A stretch of DNA of 64,000 nucleotides from Myxococcota bacterium (GTDB lineage Bacteria; Myxococcota_A; Polyangia; Nannocystales; Nannocystaceae). Position numbers and translations under genes: made by a program. The notes under the pieces were generated by a model that was not told where the DNA came from, did no database searches, and worked only from the letters and a program-made list of their open reading frames with translations. Positions within the stretch are counted from its first letter, which is position 1. Each line of letters begins with the position of its first letter. The stretch spans positions 1 through 64,000 of the forward strand of contig JBCCWC010000003.1 in assembly GCA_039194325.1 (NCBI GenBank), in the 5' to 3' direction. Of this stretch, positions 21,800 through 31,811 are shown in pieces.

Positions 21800-22663
21800 T
21801 CAGCCCGCCTTGGGCTGCCGCACCACGTCGCCCGTGTGCGGGAAGCCAAAGCGGGTCTCGTCGACCTCGGCGTTGATCTTCACCTCGGTGATCTCCTGGA
21901 CCACCTTCTGCACCTTGGCGTCGATGATCTGACGAAAGGCGAGCTTGATGCCTTCCACCTCACGATAGTCCTCAAAGCGCACCACGAAGGGCTGCCGGCC
22001 CATCGGGGTGACCTGCTCGAACGACTGCCCCACCTGTAGACCCGACTCGGCGTCGAAGCTCATCGTCACCGTCAACCCCGAGGCGGCGCTGAGCTTTACG
22101 TCGTGGATCGTCCGCCCGTCGACGTCGCGTGCGGCCACCGTCTGAGCCTCGTCGAAGTAGCGATCCCACTCCGCCGCCAACAGCAGGCTGGAGGCCCACG
22201 CGTGCTGCTCGGCCTCGACCCCCGCGAGCTTGCGCGGGCCGTTGATCGGATCGTCCGCCCAGATCTCCTCGCCCTGCTTGCCGGCGCGCATCTGTCCGAT
22301 CCCGGGGATGATCTGCTCCATGAAGAAGTCGCCCTTCTTCCACCAGATCTCGAGATCACCGTGGATGTTCTGGCCGGCCATGTCGATCGTGCCGCGGTAG
22401 TAGAAGCTCTCCACCTGGGCGAGGGCCTCCACGTCGCCCATGGCCTTGGCCGCCTTGTTCAGGATCCCGGCCGCCTCGGGCAGCTGGGGCGGAGCCTCGG
22501 CCGCCTCGGCGCCGTCAGCCTTCGCCTGGGTGTGTGACTTGCCCGGCGAGGCGTCTGCTTCGGGGGTGGTCCCGTTCTTGGCACAGGCCCCGCTCGAGCA
22601 CAGCGCGAGCACTAGGGGCCCCAAGAAGGAAAGTCGGCGGGCGGACGCGAGAGCGACGATCAC
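21800..22663 (-). CDS. hypothetical lipoprotein (lipoprotein-sorting-like beta fold)
   Basis: Lipobox SGAC; FDAESGL and FEDYREVEGIKLAF C-terminal pattern. Confidence 0.8.
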   Translation of the reverse strand: MIVALASARRLSFLGPLVLALCSSGACAKNGTTPEADASPGKSHTQAKADGAEAAEAPPQLPEAAGILNKAAKAMGDVEALAQVESFYYRGTIDMAGQNIHGDLEIWWKKGDFFMEQIIPGIGQMRAGKQGEEIWADDPINGPRKLAGVEAEQHAWASSLLLAAEWDRYFDEAQTVAARDVDGRTIHDVKLSAASGLTVTMSFDAESGLQVGQSFEQVTPMGRQPFVVRFEDYREVEGIKLAFRQIIDAKVQKVVQEITEVKINAEVDETRFGFPHTGDVVRQPKAG

Positions 22664-22734
22664 GGATCACCAGCCTACCAGGGCGAAGACCCACCCGGCC
22701 ACACGGCGGCGTTTCGAGCCGGGCGGGTCAACCA

Positions 22735-24264
22735 TCATCCATCGTCGGCGTCGGCGTCGAGCGACACCGCGGACTTCGGCGCAGCCGCGTCCACGGCCGC
22801 CAGTACGTGCGCGCGCGCGGCCTCCAGCACCGGGTCGCGCCCCGCCTCGAAATCGGCGCGAGTCTCGGTCACCGACAGGTCGGGGACGATGCCCTTGCCC
22901 TCGACCACCGTCCCCTTGGGCGACACATAGTCGGCGACCACGTACTGCAAGAGCGCATCGCCACGCACCTGCTCGATGACCGAGGGTAGCGCCGCTCCGG
23001 CCGAGGGCCGGGCGCCCACCACCGTGATCCGACCATGATCGTGCAGGCCCACCACGAAGATCTCCGAGGTACTGGCCGTGCCCTCGTCGACCAGCACGGC
23101 AACCGGCCCGGTGAACGCCCCGGCCACGTTCTCCACGTTGAGCTCTTGCTCGAAGTCGCGAAAACGCAGCGTGCCCAGCGAGCGCTCCTGGGCCAAGAGC
23201 AGGCGAGCCACCGGCACCGCCATCGCTCCCACGCCGCCCGGGTTGCCCCGCAGGTCGATCACCAGCGCCCGCATGCCCTGCTCGCGTAGCGCCTGCATCG
23301 CCGCCTGCACCCGCCCGAGCATGGGGAACATCCAGATGTTGAAGGCCAAAAGGCCCACCTGGCCCGCGAGCATGCGGTGCTCGACGCGGGTGGGCACATC
23401 GCGAAGGTTGCCCAGGGTGACGCGCTCGCCCTCGGGGATCTCGCACGAGACCGTCCGAAGCTCCGCGCGTCCGCCCTTACCCTCGGCGGGGTTGATGATC
23501 CGCAGTGATCTTTGCTGGCCCGCGCGCTCGCACGAAAGGCGCACCGCCGCCGCCTGGGCGATCTGTTGCGCGAAGGCCTGGGGCTCGACGCGGCCGCGGA
23601 TCTCCTCGACCAGCGACTCCATCGATCGCTCGTCGATCGCCCGTAGCACCGCGCCGGGAAGCACCGGCCCCTGCGGCCCCTCGGCCTCACTGCGTACTAC
23701 GACCAGCTGGTCCTCGACCCAGCGCACGGTGAGATCCGGCGCCGCAGGACCCGGAGTGTCCTCGGCCCGGGTGGGCGGAAACAAGCGTAGGTGACTCTGG
23801 CCCAGCTCGGCGAGCAGCGCGTTGATCTGGTCATACGCCTGCGAGTCGTCGGCGGCCGCGGCCACCTTGCGCGCATAGACCTCTCGAAGCTCGTCCCACG
23901 GCAGGCAGCCCAGGGTGGGGTCGTAGTGCTTGGCCAGCACTCGTCGCCACACCTGGTCGAGCAACGGCGCGTGCTTGCTGCCCGTCAGCGGGGGCAAGCG
24001 GCTCGTGTCGAGTGTCGACCAATCCCGGCAACGCTCGGCCGGACCTTGCCCCGTCGCTCGCTCGGCCGACTCGGCCGGCTCGGCCGGCTCGACCGGCTCG
24101 GCCGGCTCGACCGGCTCGGCCGGCGTCACCGACTGATTCACTGGCGGATCCCTCGCCGACTCCGCGCCGTTCGGCGACGACTCGGACCGACGATCCGACG
24201 AGCACGCCATGACCAGCGCGAGTCCGATCCACCAGCGGCTCGTCCGCGATCGTGCGGGGGCCAT
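22735..24264 (-). CDS. S41 family (C-terminal processing) peptidase, lipoprotein
   Basis: IDLRGNPGG, VLVDEGTASTSE, EGKGIVPD; AEP/VEP 9-bp repeat linker. Confidence 0.92.
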   Translation of the reverse strand: MAPARSRTSRWWIGLALVMACSSDRRSESSPNGAESARDPPVNQSVTPAEPVEPAEPVEPAEPAESAERATGQGPAERCRDWSTLDTSRLPPLTGSKHAPLLDQVWRRVLAKHYDPTLGCLPWDELREVYARKVAAAADDSQAYDQINALLAELGQSHLRLFPPTRAEDTPGPAAPDLTVRWVEDQLVVVRSEAEGPQGPVLPGAVLRAIDERSMESLVEEIRGRVEPQAFAQQIAQAAAVRLSCERAGQQRSLRIINPAEGKGGRAELRTVSCEIPEGERVTLGNLRDVPTRVEHRMLAGQVGLLAFNIWMFPMLGRVQAAMQALREQGMRALVIDLRGNPGGVGAMAVPVARLLLAQERSLGTLRFRDFEQELNVENVAGAFTGPVAVLVDEGTASTSEIFVVGLHDHGRITVVGARPSAGAALPSVIEQVRGDALLQYVVADYVSPKGTVVEGKGIVPDLSVTETRADFEAGRDPVLEAARAHVLAAVDAAAPKSAVSLDADADDG

Positions 24265-24312
24265 CAACACACCGTCGATCATGCCGTCGTCGGCGCGGCG
24301 GCGAAGACGCTG

Positions 24313-25020
24313 TTACTCGTATGTCACACGCTCGAGCGCCCCCAAGTCGAGCACCACGATCTCCTGGCGACTCAAGCTGAGGATCCCGTTGCGTTGCATA
24401 CGGTTGAGGGCTCGCGAGATCTCCTCGCGCACCGTGCCCAGTCGCGCCGCCACCGTGTTCATGTCGAGCTGGCGCGGAATGACGCACGGCGTCCCTTGCT
24501 CGGCCCCGTTGCGCACGGCCAACGTAAACAGGAACGACGCCAAACGGCGCTCTACCGAGCGTAGCGAAAGATCGAGCACCAAGTCGATGAGCCGATTCGC
24601 CCGGAATGCCATCTGTCGCATGAGCGCAAACGCCAGCTCCTCCGAGCGCGCGATCAGCTTGACCACCACGTCCGTCTCGAAGCGCCAGATCTCGGAATCG
24701 ACCATGGCGAACGCCGACGCGGCCGCCCGAACGTTGCCGGGCAAGAAGCCCTCACCGATGAGCTTGCCCGGCTCGGCCAAGTAGAGGATCTGCTCGCGGC
24801 CCTCGCTGGAGATGAGGCTCAGCTTGAACTCGCCCGACTTGACCAAGAATAGGCCCGGCCCGGGCTCGTCGCGGCGAAAGACGGAGCGTTTGCGCTTGAT
24901 CTCAATCAGCTCCGCCGATCGGCACAACTCGCTCATCACCTCGTCGGGGATCCTGTCCCAGCCCTCCCAACGCTTGAGCGATTTGGCGATGAGCTCGGCC
25001 TCGGCGGCGTCAACTGCCAT
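24313..25020 (-). CDS. Crp/Fnr family transcriptional regulator
   Basis: cNMP-binding domain (LFLVKSG, EGREQIL, IGE) and HTH VAARLGTVREEISRAL. Confidence 0.93.
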   Translation of the reverse strand: MAVDAAEAELIAKSLKRWEGWDRIPDEVMSELCRSAELIEIKRKRSVFRRDEPGPGLFLVKSGEFKLSLISSEGREQILYLAEPGKLIGEGFLPGNVRAAASAFAMVDSEIWRFETDVVVKLIARSEELAFALMRQMAFRANRLIDLVLDLSLRSVERRLASFLFTLAVRNGAEQGTPCVIPRQLDMNTVAARLGTVREEISRALNRMQRNGILSLSRQEIVVLDLGALERVTYE

Positions 25021-25181
25021 GGCGCGGAGTGTAACCGGATGACGACAGACATGCGACCGCTCACGCCGCCTCGCACGCCGGCCGGAATTGGGGCCAAACG
25101 ACCCGGTTCACGACCGTCGAACGGCACCGCCGAGCGGTGGAGACCGGCCGATCCGGCCATCCCCACTGCGCAAAGTCTTGC

Positions 25182-25529
25182 CTAGCGGGGCTGGAATCGG
25201 CCCCCCACGAAGCGACCCTTCTTGAGACCTTCGGGAGGGCTCTCGGGCGCGATCTGCCGCAGCCAGGTCCACGTGTAGATTCCGGTGTCGTGGCCGTCGG
25301 AGAAACGCAGATGCAGCGCATAGGAGCCCGCTTCGGCCATCAGCTCGATGCCGATCTTCGGGTCGGCCGGCTCGTGGAACGCCACCACCGTCCCGTGACC
25401 CTGGCAACCGGCGCAGGGGCACCATCCCCTCAGATAGGCGATCGGCAACCGGGAGGTTGTTCCATCGTCCCACTCGATGGTGAGCAAGGCCTGCGAGCGA
25501 GAGAGCGCGACGTCGACGGGCAGCGGCAC
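25182..25529 (-). CDS. DUF971 (GBBH-like N-terminal) domain protein
   Basis: IEWDDG, LRGWCPCAGC, GSYAL, FSDGHDTGIYTW; start uncertain. Confidence 0.9.
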   Translation of the reverse strand: MPLPVDVALSRSQALLTIEWDDGTTSRLPIAYLRGWCPCAGCQGHGTVVAFHEPADPKIGIELMAEAGSYALHLRFSDGHDTGIYTWTWLRQIAPESPPEGLKKGRFVGGRFQPR

Positions 25530-25594
25530 GGCACCCAAAGATACGATCTGGTCCAAAACTCGGGCTGTAATCAAATGTAGGATAAAGTAGTCAC

Positions 25595-26011
25595 ATGAAC
25601 GTGCAAGAAGAGCGCATTCGTCTTCGTCCGCTGCCCCGGCCCGGCGGAGTCAAGGTCGAGCGCCGGCGGCGCCGCTCGAACAATGCGGCCGAGGCACTGG
25701 AGTTGGCCCTGACCAGCGCAGCCCGCCGTGGCCAGCTCGACGCCGTCCTCGTGGTGGACGACGCGGGCATGCTGGTCGCCAAGAGCGACACCGAGCTCGA
25801 TCTGACCATGCTGGCGGCGATCACGCCGATCGTGGGGCGGGGCAAGGCCGTACCGCGCGTGCGTCGGGGAGGGCAGCTGCGCGAGATGAGCGTGGATACG
25901 ATGGAGGTGCTCGGCGAGCTGCTCTACGTGGCGGCGCTGGGGGGCAGCTATCGAGCGCGGTCCCGCGAGGTGGCGGGGAGCGTGGCGGCGACGCGTCGGA
26001 TCTTGGCGTAA
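25595..26011 (+). CDS. Roadblock/LC7-like small protein
   Basis: LDAVLVVDDAGMLVAKS...LAAI pattern; 138 aa. Confidence 0.65.
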   Translation: MNVQEERIRLRPLPRPGGVKVERRRRRSNNAAEALELALTSAARRGQLDAVLVVDDAGMLVAKSDTELDLTMLAAITPIVGRGKAVPRVRRGGQLREMSVDTMEVLGELLYVAALGGSYRARSREVAGSVAATRRILA

Positions 26012-26070
26012 GTGATCTGGGCGTAAGTGATCTGGGCGTAAGTGATCTGGGCGTAAGTGATCTGGGCGTA
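25999..26070. repeat. 15-bp tandem repeat (GATCTGGGCGTAAGT) x4.8
   Basis: Units at 25999, 26014, 26029, 26044, 26059; the first contains the TAA of the upstream CDS. Confidence 0.95.
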
Positions 26071-26174
26071 GCGAGCCGACGCCCGATCACCGAGCCTACG
26101 CTCGAGCCGGCGAGCATCGCATCCAGGGCGAGTACACGAGACACGACCGCGGCGCTCATGAGCGCCGCGCGGGA

Positions 26175-27113
26175 TCAGCTGAAATTCGGGTCGCAGCCCG
26201 CGTCGACGTCGACCTGGTGCTCGATGATCGTGCCCTCGTCGCCGACGATGATCCATCCCGTCCGGTCGATCGCGCGGAGCGTCGCTCCTCCGGGCGCTTC
26301 AGTGACCGTCGAGGCCTCGTCCTCGACCGGAATTCTGTAGATCAGCCCCTCAGCGCCGACCGCCTGGTGCTCGCGCACGCCGAACAAGTCGACCTCGATT
26401 TCGTGCTCTACAGGCTCGAAGACCGAGGTGTTGGCGTCGGCGATGAGCACGAGCCCTTCGGCGCCCACGATGGTCGTACGGCCATCCACGGCCGAGACCG
26501 AGAGCAAGTCGGCAGAGGTCGGAGTAGGCACCGCCTGCCAGCTCGAGCCGCTGTTGCGGCTGACCAGCGCGACTCCGGCGTCCCCGACCGCCCAGATCTC
26601 GCCCCCCTGCACGGCCAGGGCATTGAGGCGAGTGCTCACGGGCACCTCGACCTCCGTCCACTCGACCGCGTCGGTCGAGCGTAGAACAACGCCATCACCC
26701 ACGGCGACCCAAGCGTGCGCGCTGCGAACGACCGCAAGCAGGTCCGCCGTGGTGGGTGCGCTCGGCGCGGCCCAGGATTCACCGAGATCATCGCTGGACA
26801 AGATCGTGCCCTCGGCCCCGACGATGACCGCCTTCGGATCGGAGAACGCGACCCCGTACAGATCGACACCGGTCGGGGACGGGAGCAGCGACCAGCCGGC
26901 TTCGTCGTCGACCTTATGCAGGATCGTGCCCTCGTCGCCGACGATGAATCGGCCGTCGACCGCGTGCAGGTCGGCACGGGTCGGCGACGGCACCTCGGCC
27001 ATGAACATGCTCGTCAACGAGCCACAGTCGAGGCCGAGATCACACGCGGTAAGGAAATTCAGGGAGGCGACCATCAGGGCGGTCGCAGAAACGAATCGCG
27101 GACGAAACGTCAT
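26175..27113 (-). CDS. Ycf48/BNR-repeat beta-propeller lipoprotein
   Basis: Lipobox LTAC; repeated DLxxV...IVGxEGTIL.S.D.G.SW. Confidence 0.88.
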   Translation of the reverse strand: MTFRPRFVSATALMVASLNFLTACDLGLDCGSLTSMFMAEVPSPTRADLHAVDGRFIVGDEGTILHKVDDEAGWSLLPSPTGVDLYGVAFSDPKAVIVGAEGTILSSDDLGESWAAPSAPTTADLLAVVRSAHAWVAVGDGVVLRSTDAVEWTEVEVPVSTRLNALAVQGGEIWAVGDAGVALVSRNSGSSWQAVPTPTSADLLSVSAVDGRTTIVGAEGLVLIADANTSVFEPVEHEIEVDLFGVREHQAVGAEGLIYRIPVEDEASTVTEAPGGATLRAIDRTGWIIVGDEGTIIEHQVDVDAGCDPNFS

Positions 27114-27313
27114 GGGCCCACTGGGACCCGTGCGTCCCGGCGGATATTCAGAACTCCGCCCTATCGACTCTCGCCCATCCCTCGTGCGCACGCGACCGCC
27201 AGCGCACGCCAGACACGACCGGTTCAATAGCAGTGCGTAGCGCAGTCTGGGCCGCCACGGCGAAGCCACGACGACAGCATGCCCTCGGCATGCCCTCGGC
27301 GCTCGATGGTGGC

Positions 27314-28834
27314 TCACCCCGCGTTGGCAATGCCACGATCGCCTCGCGCCCCGACGGAGGCACGAGCCAACCCGGCGCGACGCTCCGGCGTCGCCGACTC
27401 GATCGGATAGCGATACTCACCCAGCACCGCAGCGGCATGGCGAGCGAGCCGCTCGCGAGCCCGCAACAGGGTCAGCTGAGCCAGCAGCTGTCGATGAAGC
27501 GGATACCAGGTCATCATATTGGATAGATCCCGCATCAACAGACTCGCGGGAAGCGCCTGACCCAGCAGGCCCACGTTGTGCACGGTGGCGAGGCTCAGCC
27601 GGAAGAAGGTTTCCTGCTTGCGCACCGGATCTATGGGAACCAGATCGACCCGATAGAACTGGGGCACGATCTTCTCGAGAGCACCCCGAAACCACGCGTG
27701 GGTGAGCATGGTCGCGGTGGGCCCCGAGAAAATGCCCACGAACTGCGGGGCGAGCACGCGACCGCCCTGCTGAAGGATCGGCTCGGGGTTGGCCTCGGTG
27801 ATGTTCTCGGTGCAGTTGACGACCACCCGACGCCGGCCGGGCTTGGTCGCGGGCAAGGGGAGCATCCGGCCGTCCTGCATCTTCAGCGTGGGCACGCCGT
27901 CGACATCCACGATGTCCGCGAGGCGCCCCTTGATGCACCGACGCAGCGCATGAGTCACCCGGCTCATTTCCTCGGTCCCCAAGAGCCCAAACTGACAAGA
28001 GTTGGGGTCGGGGACCGGGGAGATCATGTCCCCCCGCCGGAGCATTTCTCGACTCAGCGCGCGGTGGTTGCTCCCGTCCCAGCGCAGCGCGTACTCCATC
28101 ATGAACGGGAACAACAATCGCCCCCTCAGATGCCGGCCCAGACGACCCCGAGGGAAGAGCCGATCCCGATTGAGGAACATCGCGCCGTTGCCCGCTACAA
28201 GGGTCACCGGCGCATCAGGGGCGCGATTGCGAATGAACAAGACGGCATCCATGGCCGTCTTGCCGCTGCCGATCACGTAGAACTCCGCGTCGCCGCCCGT
28301 GACGGCCTGACGTAGGCCCACCGGAGCGACCGACTCGACGGCCGACGACGAGAGCGACAGCGGCTTCTTGATCGGCAAGTCGAAGCCGGTGGCCTTGATG
28401 ATCCGCGGCGTGCGAACCACCACCGTCGAGGACGGATCGGCGACGGACTCGAAGGTGACCTCGAGCAGAGGGGACCCCGGCTTTCGCTCGTGCCCGACAT
28501 AGCGATGGCCGAACAGGGGGCTCACCGGCTGCCGGGTTCCGGCTCGGGCGCCCAGATCTCGCATGTGATCGAGGATCTCGGCACGAGACGCCAGGTGAGA
28601 GGGGTCCCTGTCGAGCGCCCACGCCTGGTCGTACGCCGTGAAGTGCCGGTAGGGCTGGTGGAGCCGCACGAAATCGTACTGCTCCAGCCACTGGCCTCCC
28701 CAGTCCGCTCGCATGTCGGCGATGACCGCCCGCTGCCGCGGCCCAAGGTGGCCAATGGCGGCATGAAGGGCCGATATGCCCGCATATCCGGCCCCAATGA
28801 CAACTACCGCCGCTTCGCTCACTGTGTCGGTCAT
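27314..28834 (-). CDS. FAD/NAD(P)-dependent oxidoreductase (flavin monooxygenase-like)
   Basis: VIGAGYAG, GGQW...Y.FVRLHQP, ATG, VIGSGKTAMD. Confidence 0.9.
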   Translation of the reverse strand: MTDTVSEAAVVVIGAGYAGISALHAAIGHLGPRQRAVIADMRADWGGQWLEQYDFVRLHQPYRHFTAYDQAWALDRDPSHLASRAEILDHMRDLGARAGTRQPVSPLFGHRYVGHERKPGSPLLEVTFESVADPSSTVVVRTPRIIKATGFDLPIKKPLSLSSSAVESVAPVGLRQAVTGGDAEFYVIGSGKTAMDAVLFIRNRAPDAPVTLVAGNGAMFLNRDRLFPRGRLGRHLRGRLLFPFMMEYALRWDGSNHRALSREMLRRGDMISPVPDPNSCQFGLLGTEEMSRVTHALRRCIKGRLADIVDVDGVPTLKMQDGRMLPLPATKPGRRRVVVNCTENITEANPEPILQQGGRVLAPQFVGIFSGPTATMLTHAWFRGALEKIVPQFYRVDLVPIDPVRKQETFFRLSLATVHNVGLLGQALPASLLMRDLSNMMTWYPLHRQLLAQLTLLRARERLARHAAAVLGEYRYPIESATPERRAGLARASVGARGDRGIANAG

Positions 28835-28895
28835 GGTTTGCGCTCCTCCACGCTCTGATTCTCGGCTGACGCGGAAGTCGCGCCCCTTTGCTTAT

Positions 28896-28916
28896 AATTT
28901 TAGCTTAGCTAAAATT
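28896..28916. promoter_or_regulatory. putative TetR operator
   Basis: Perfect palindrome AATTTTAGCT-T-AGCTAAAATT between the divergent oxidoreductase and TetR genes. Confidence 0.75.
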
Positions 28917-28948
28917 TTATACCAGTCAACTCCAAAGATCGCCCGAGC

Positions 28949-29605
28949 ATGTCTACGCGTGAGATCAACAAGCAACGTCGTCGAGAGCGGATCCTCGCGG
29001 TTGCACGTCGGACCTTGGCCGAGGGCGGCTACCGGGCGCTCAACGTACGCGCCCTCGCCAAGGATGCCGGGGTCACCCAGCCCACGCTGTACAACCTCAT
29101 CGGCAACAAGGATCGCATCATCCACACGCTGGTGGTGCAGATGTTGGACACGCTCGAGCAGCGGTTGGAGGCGCTCCTTTGCGATGTACCCGCCGACCCA
29201 CTCCCGCAGCTCGAGGCGGTGGCCGTCCTGACCACCGAGCTATTTGGGGAGGATGAGAGCTTCTACCGTGGAGCGTTCGTGGCGGCCGAGTTTGCCGAGG
29301 ATCAGGCGATGTTCTGGGCGCCCGAATCGGGCATAGTACGGCGCGCTCTGGCGTTCCCCATCCACGCATTCCATTCCGCGACCACCGCGGGCCTGATGCG
29401 AGGGCAGGTCGCGCACGAGGTGTTGATTCAGCAGATCTTCCTCGGGTACCGAACGGCCCTGCGCGACTGGGCCATCCGTCTCATCACCCTCGAGCAGTAC
29501 CGAGTGTCGACGCTGCGCAGCTTCTACTGCGGCATGGCGGCGGATGCCGTCGACTCGCTACGCGACGAGCTGATGGCTCGGCTGGTGGCCTTGCCGCTTC
29601 GCTAG
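28949..29605 (+). CDS. TetR/AcrR family transcriptional regulator
   Basis: HTH NVRALAKDAGVTQPTLYNLIGNK. Confidence 0.95.
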   Translation: MSTREINKQRRRERILAVARRTLAEGGYRALNVRALAKDAGVTQPTLYNLIGNKDRIIHTLVVQMLDTLEQRLEALLCDVPADPLPQLEAVAVLTTELFGEDESFYRGAFVAAEFAEDQAMFWAPESGIVRRALAFPIHAFHSATTAGLMRGQVAHEVLIQQIFLGYRTALRDWAIRLITLEQYRVSTLRSFYCGMAADAVDSLRDELMARLVALPLR

Positions 29606-29617
29606 CGGTCGAGCGGC

Positions 29618-31531
29618 TCATGCCACCGAAGCGGTGCCCTCGCGCAGGCCCAGCTGCGCCACGATCGCCTCGCGCAGGGCGACGGCGTCGCCGGTGGGCA
29701 CCACGGTGAGGCCCAGCTCGGGCTCGAGTCCGCACGCCTCACTGGCGATCACGGGCAGGCCGCGGGCTAGCGCCGATAGCAACCGGCGCGGCGCGGTCTC
29801 CACGTGGGCGGGAGACACCACCAAGTCTGCGTCGCCCTCACCGCCACGGATCGCGGCGCGCTCCCAAAAATCAGCCCCCTCGAGCACCGGCCCTCCGAGC
29901 ACCAACGCGACCGGAAGCCCACGCAGCGCCTCCCGGAGCTCATAGGCGCCCTTGCGCCCCAGGGTGCTCGCCGGAAACCACACCCGCGGCACGGCGTCGC
30001 CCGCCCGGGCCGGGCGCGGCGGAACCCGGGGCGGTCGCGCCCAACCCAGCCGCACCGCACGCTCCCCGAACGCTCGCGCGATCCCGGCATGCGGGGTGAC
30101 GATCCGCTCGGCGGCCGCCAGCGCGGCGCGCTCGACCGCGAGCCACTCGGGGTCGGCCCGAAAGTCACCGAGGGTCGGGCTTTGGGGGTGCAGCCGAGCC
30201 GCCCGATCGAGCGCCTGGTGCAGCATCGTCAGCGAGGGTCGGGTCATCAGCACATCGAAGCGACGCCCGCCCAGTACCCCCGCCTGCCAAAGGTGAGGCA
30301 AGAGCGTCTGGGCGATCACCAGGTGGGTCGCGCTCGCGGGTAGCCGAGCGGCCATCGCCTGGGCCAGGCGAGCCTCGTGGCGCAGCAACGCCCGCTGTCG
30401 CGCCGCTCCCTGGGCGGCCAGCCGCCGCGAACCCAGTGCACGTTGCACGGTCAACCCGGGAAAATGGTGGACCGCGGCAAAGCCCTCGCGGCTCCAGGCG
30501 TACCGCGCTCGACCGAAGCGTCGCCCGTCCAGCGGCAGCAGCAGGATGTCGTCGGGCTCACGAACGGCCCGAAGCCAGGCGTCGTGCTCCGGCCACACTC
30601 CGTCGACCAACCACGCTCGACGACCGCTGCGGATCGACGGGGCCGGTCGCACCCGATGACAGCGGCTGTGCGCACACGACAAGCAGCTGCGAGCCCCACG
30701 GGTCTCGCCCACCACGCCGCCCACCACATGGAGCAGGGTTCGATCTCCGGGCTCGATCACGGGTCGCGCCGCGACGTGACCGCGCCGTGCTGCCTGTCCC
30801 GCCCGTCCTGCCTGTCCCGCCCGTCCCGCTTGTCTCGCGTAGCCACGTAGACGCAGCACCAGCGCCTCAGCCGTCAGCTCCGCCTCGACCCGAAACGCAT
30901 GCGGGCTGCGCACCCGCAGATCCACATAGTTCCACATGACCGTGGCGTCGCGACCGGCGGACGCCGCCGAACCGGGCACGACCCGTGAGTGTCGATGACG
31001 CTCCACGATCTCCAGCCCGGCGCGCCGGGCCGCGTCGTACAGGGCATTGGATAACTGGCACAAGCCGCCCGCGATCGAGGGCACGATGCAGCCCTCCCGA
31101 ACCTCACGACCCTCCACGTACCCACGCGCCGCCCACGGCGGCCCCACCTGCGCCCAAAAGCTCAGCAGCTGGCCGGGGCCCACCTCGATCCCGTGCAGCG
31201 AGCGGATGGCGCGACGGAGGTTGTCGACCTTGCCCGCCTCCAGCACCCACTCGAGTCCCGGATCGGTGGACCAAAGGGGCGTGCGCGACGACGCCAGCAG
31301 CGGAGCACCGCGCATGGCGGCCGACGGTCGATGGCGTCGGGGCCCCGAGGGGCCGAGATCGGCGAGCACTCGGCGCAGCTGATGCACCGTGACCTTGGCG
31401 CGCCACCACGCCGCCGCTCGACGGCTGGGCACGTCGGGCACGTCGGGCACGTCGGGCACGGCCCCAGGATCACCCACGAACTCGGGGACGTCCGGGCCAA
31501 TGGCGCTATTCCCAGCGGTTGGAGGTCGCAT
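29618..31531 (-). CDS. VanW-like domain fused to a GT-B glycosyltransferase-like domain
   Basis: SFWAQVG...GGLCQLSNALY...ERHRHS...DATV; CxxC..C cluster; C-terminal GRKGAYEL...ALARGLPVIAS. Start uncertain. Confidence 0.85.
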   Translation of the reverse strand: MRPPTAGNSAIGPDVPEFVGDPGAVPDVPDVPDVPSRRAAAWWRAKVTVHQLRRVLADLGPSGPRRHRPSAAMRGAPLLASSRTPLWSTDPGLEWVLEAGKVDNLRRAIRSLHGIEVGPGQLLSFWAQVGPPWAARGYVEGREVREGCIVPSIAGGLCQLSNALYDAARRAGLEIVERHRHSRVVPGSAASAGRDATVMWNYVDLRVRSPHAFRVEAELTAEALVLRLRGYARQAGRAGQAGRAGQAARRGHVAARPVIEPGDRTLLHVVGGVVGETRGARSCLSCAHSRCHRVRPAPSIRSGRRAWLVDGVWPEHDAWLRAVREPDDILLLPLDGRRFGRARYAWSREGFAAVHHFPGLTVQRALGSRRLAAQGAARQRALLRHEARLAQAMAARLPASATHLVIAQTLLPHLWQAGVLGGRRFDVLMTRPSLTMLHQALDRAARLHPQSPTLGDFRADPEWLAVERAALAAAERIVTPHAGIARAFGERAVRLGWARPPRVPPRPARAGDAVPRVWFPASTLGRKGAYELREALRGLPVALVLGGPVLEGADFWERAAIRGGEGDADLVVSPAHVETAPRRLLSALARGLPVIASEACGLEPELGLTVVPTGDAVALREAIVAQLGLREGTASVA

Positions 31532-31811
31532 GAAGGACCGCGTCGAACGGTTGAGGGGGGGTATGGGATCTTAGGTAAGACAAAGACCTACATGAAGTGC
31601 TCGTCGCAACCGAACGTCAGGCCCTGATGGCCGACTACCCGCATGGCAGTGGCAAGCGGCACTTTGGCCGTGCGCTGTCGGTACCGCGTGCGCACCCCCG
31701 AATAAATCGAAGGAATCGACGCAGGTGTCGAGCCGAAAACCGGTCCATCTTCACTCATACACGAAGAGGGGGGCAACCGCTGGTCCGGGAGAGGACCAAA
31801 AGGGACGAACG

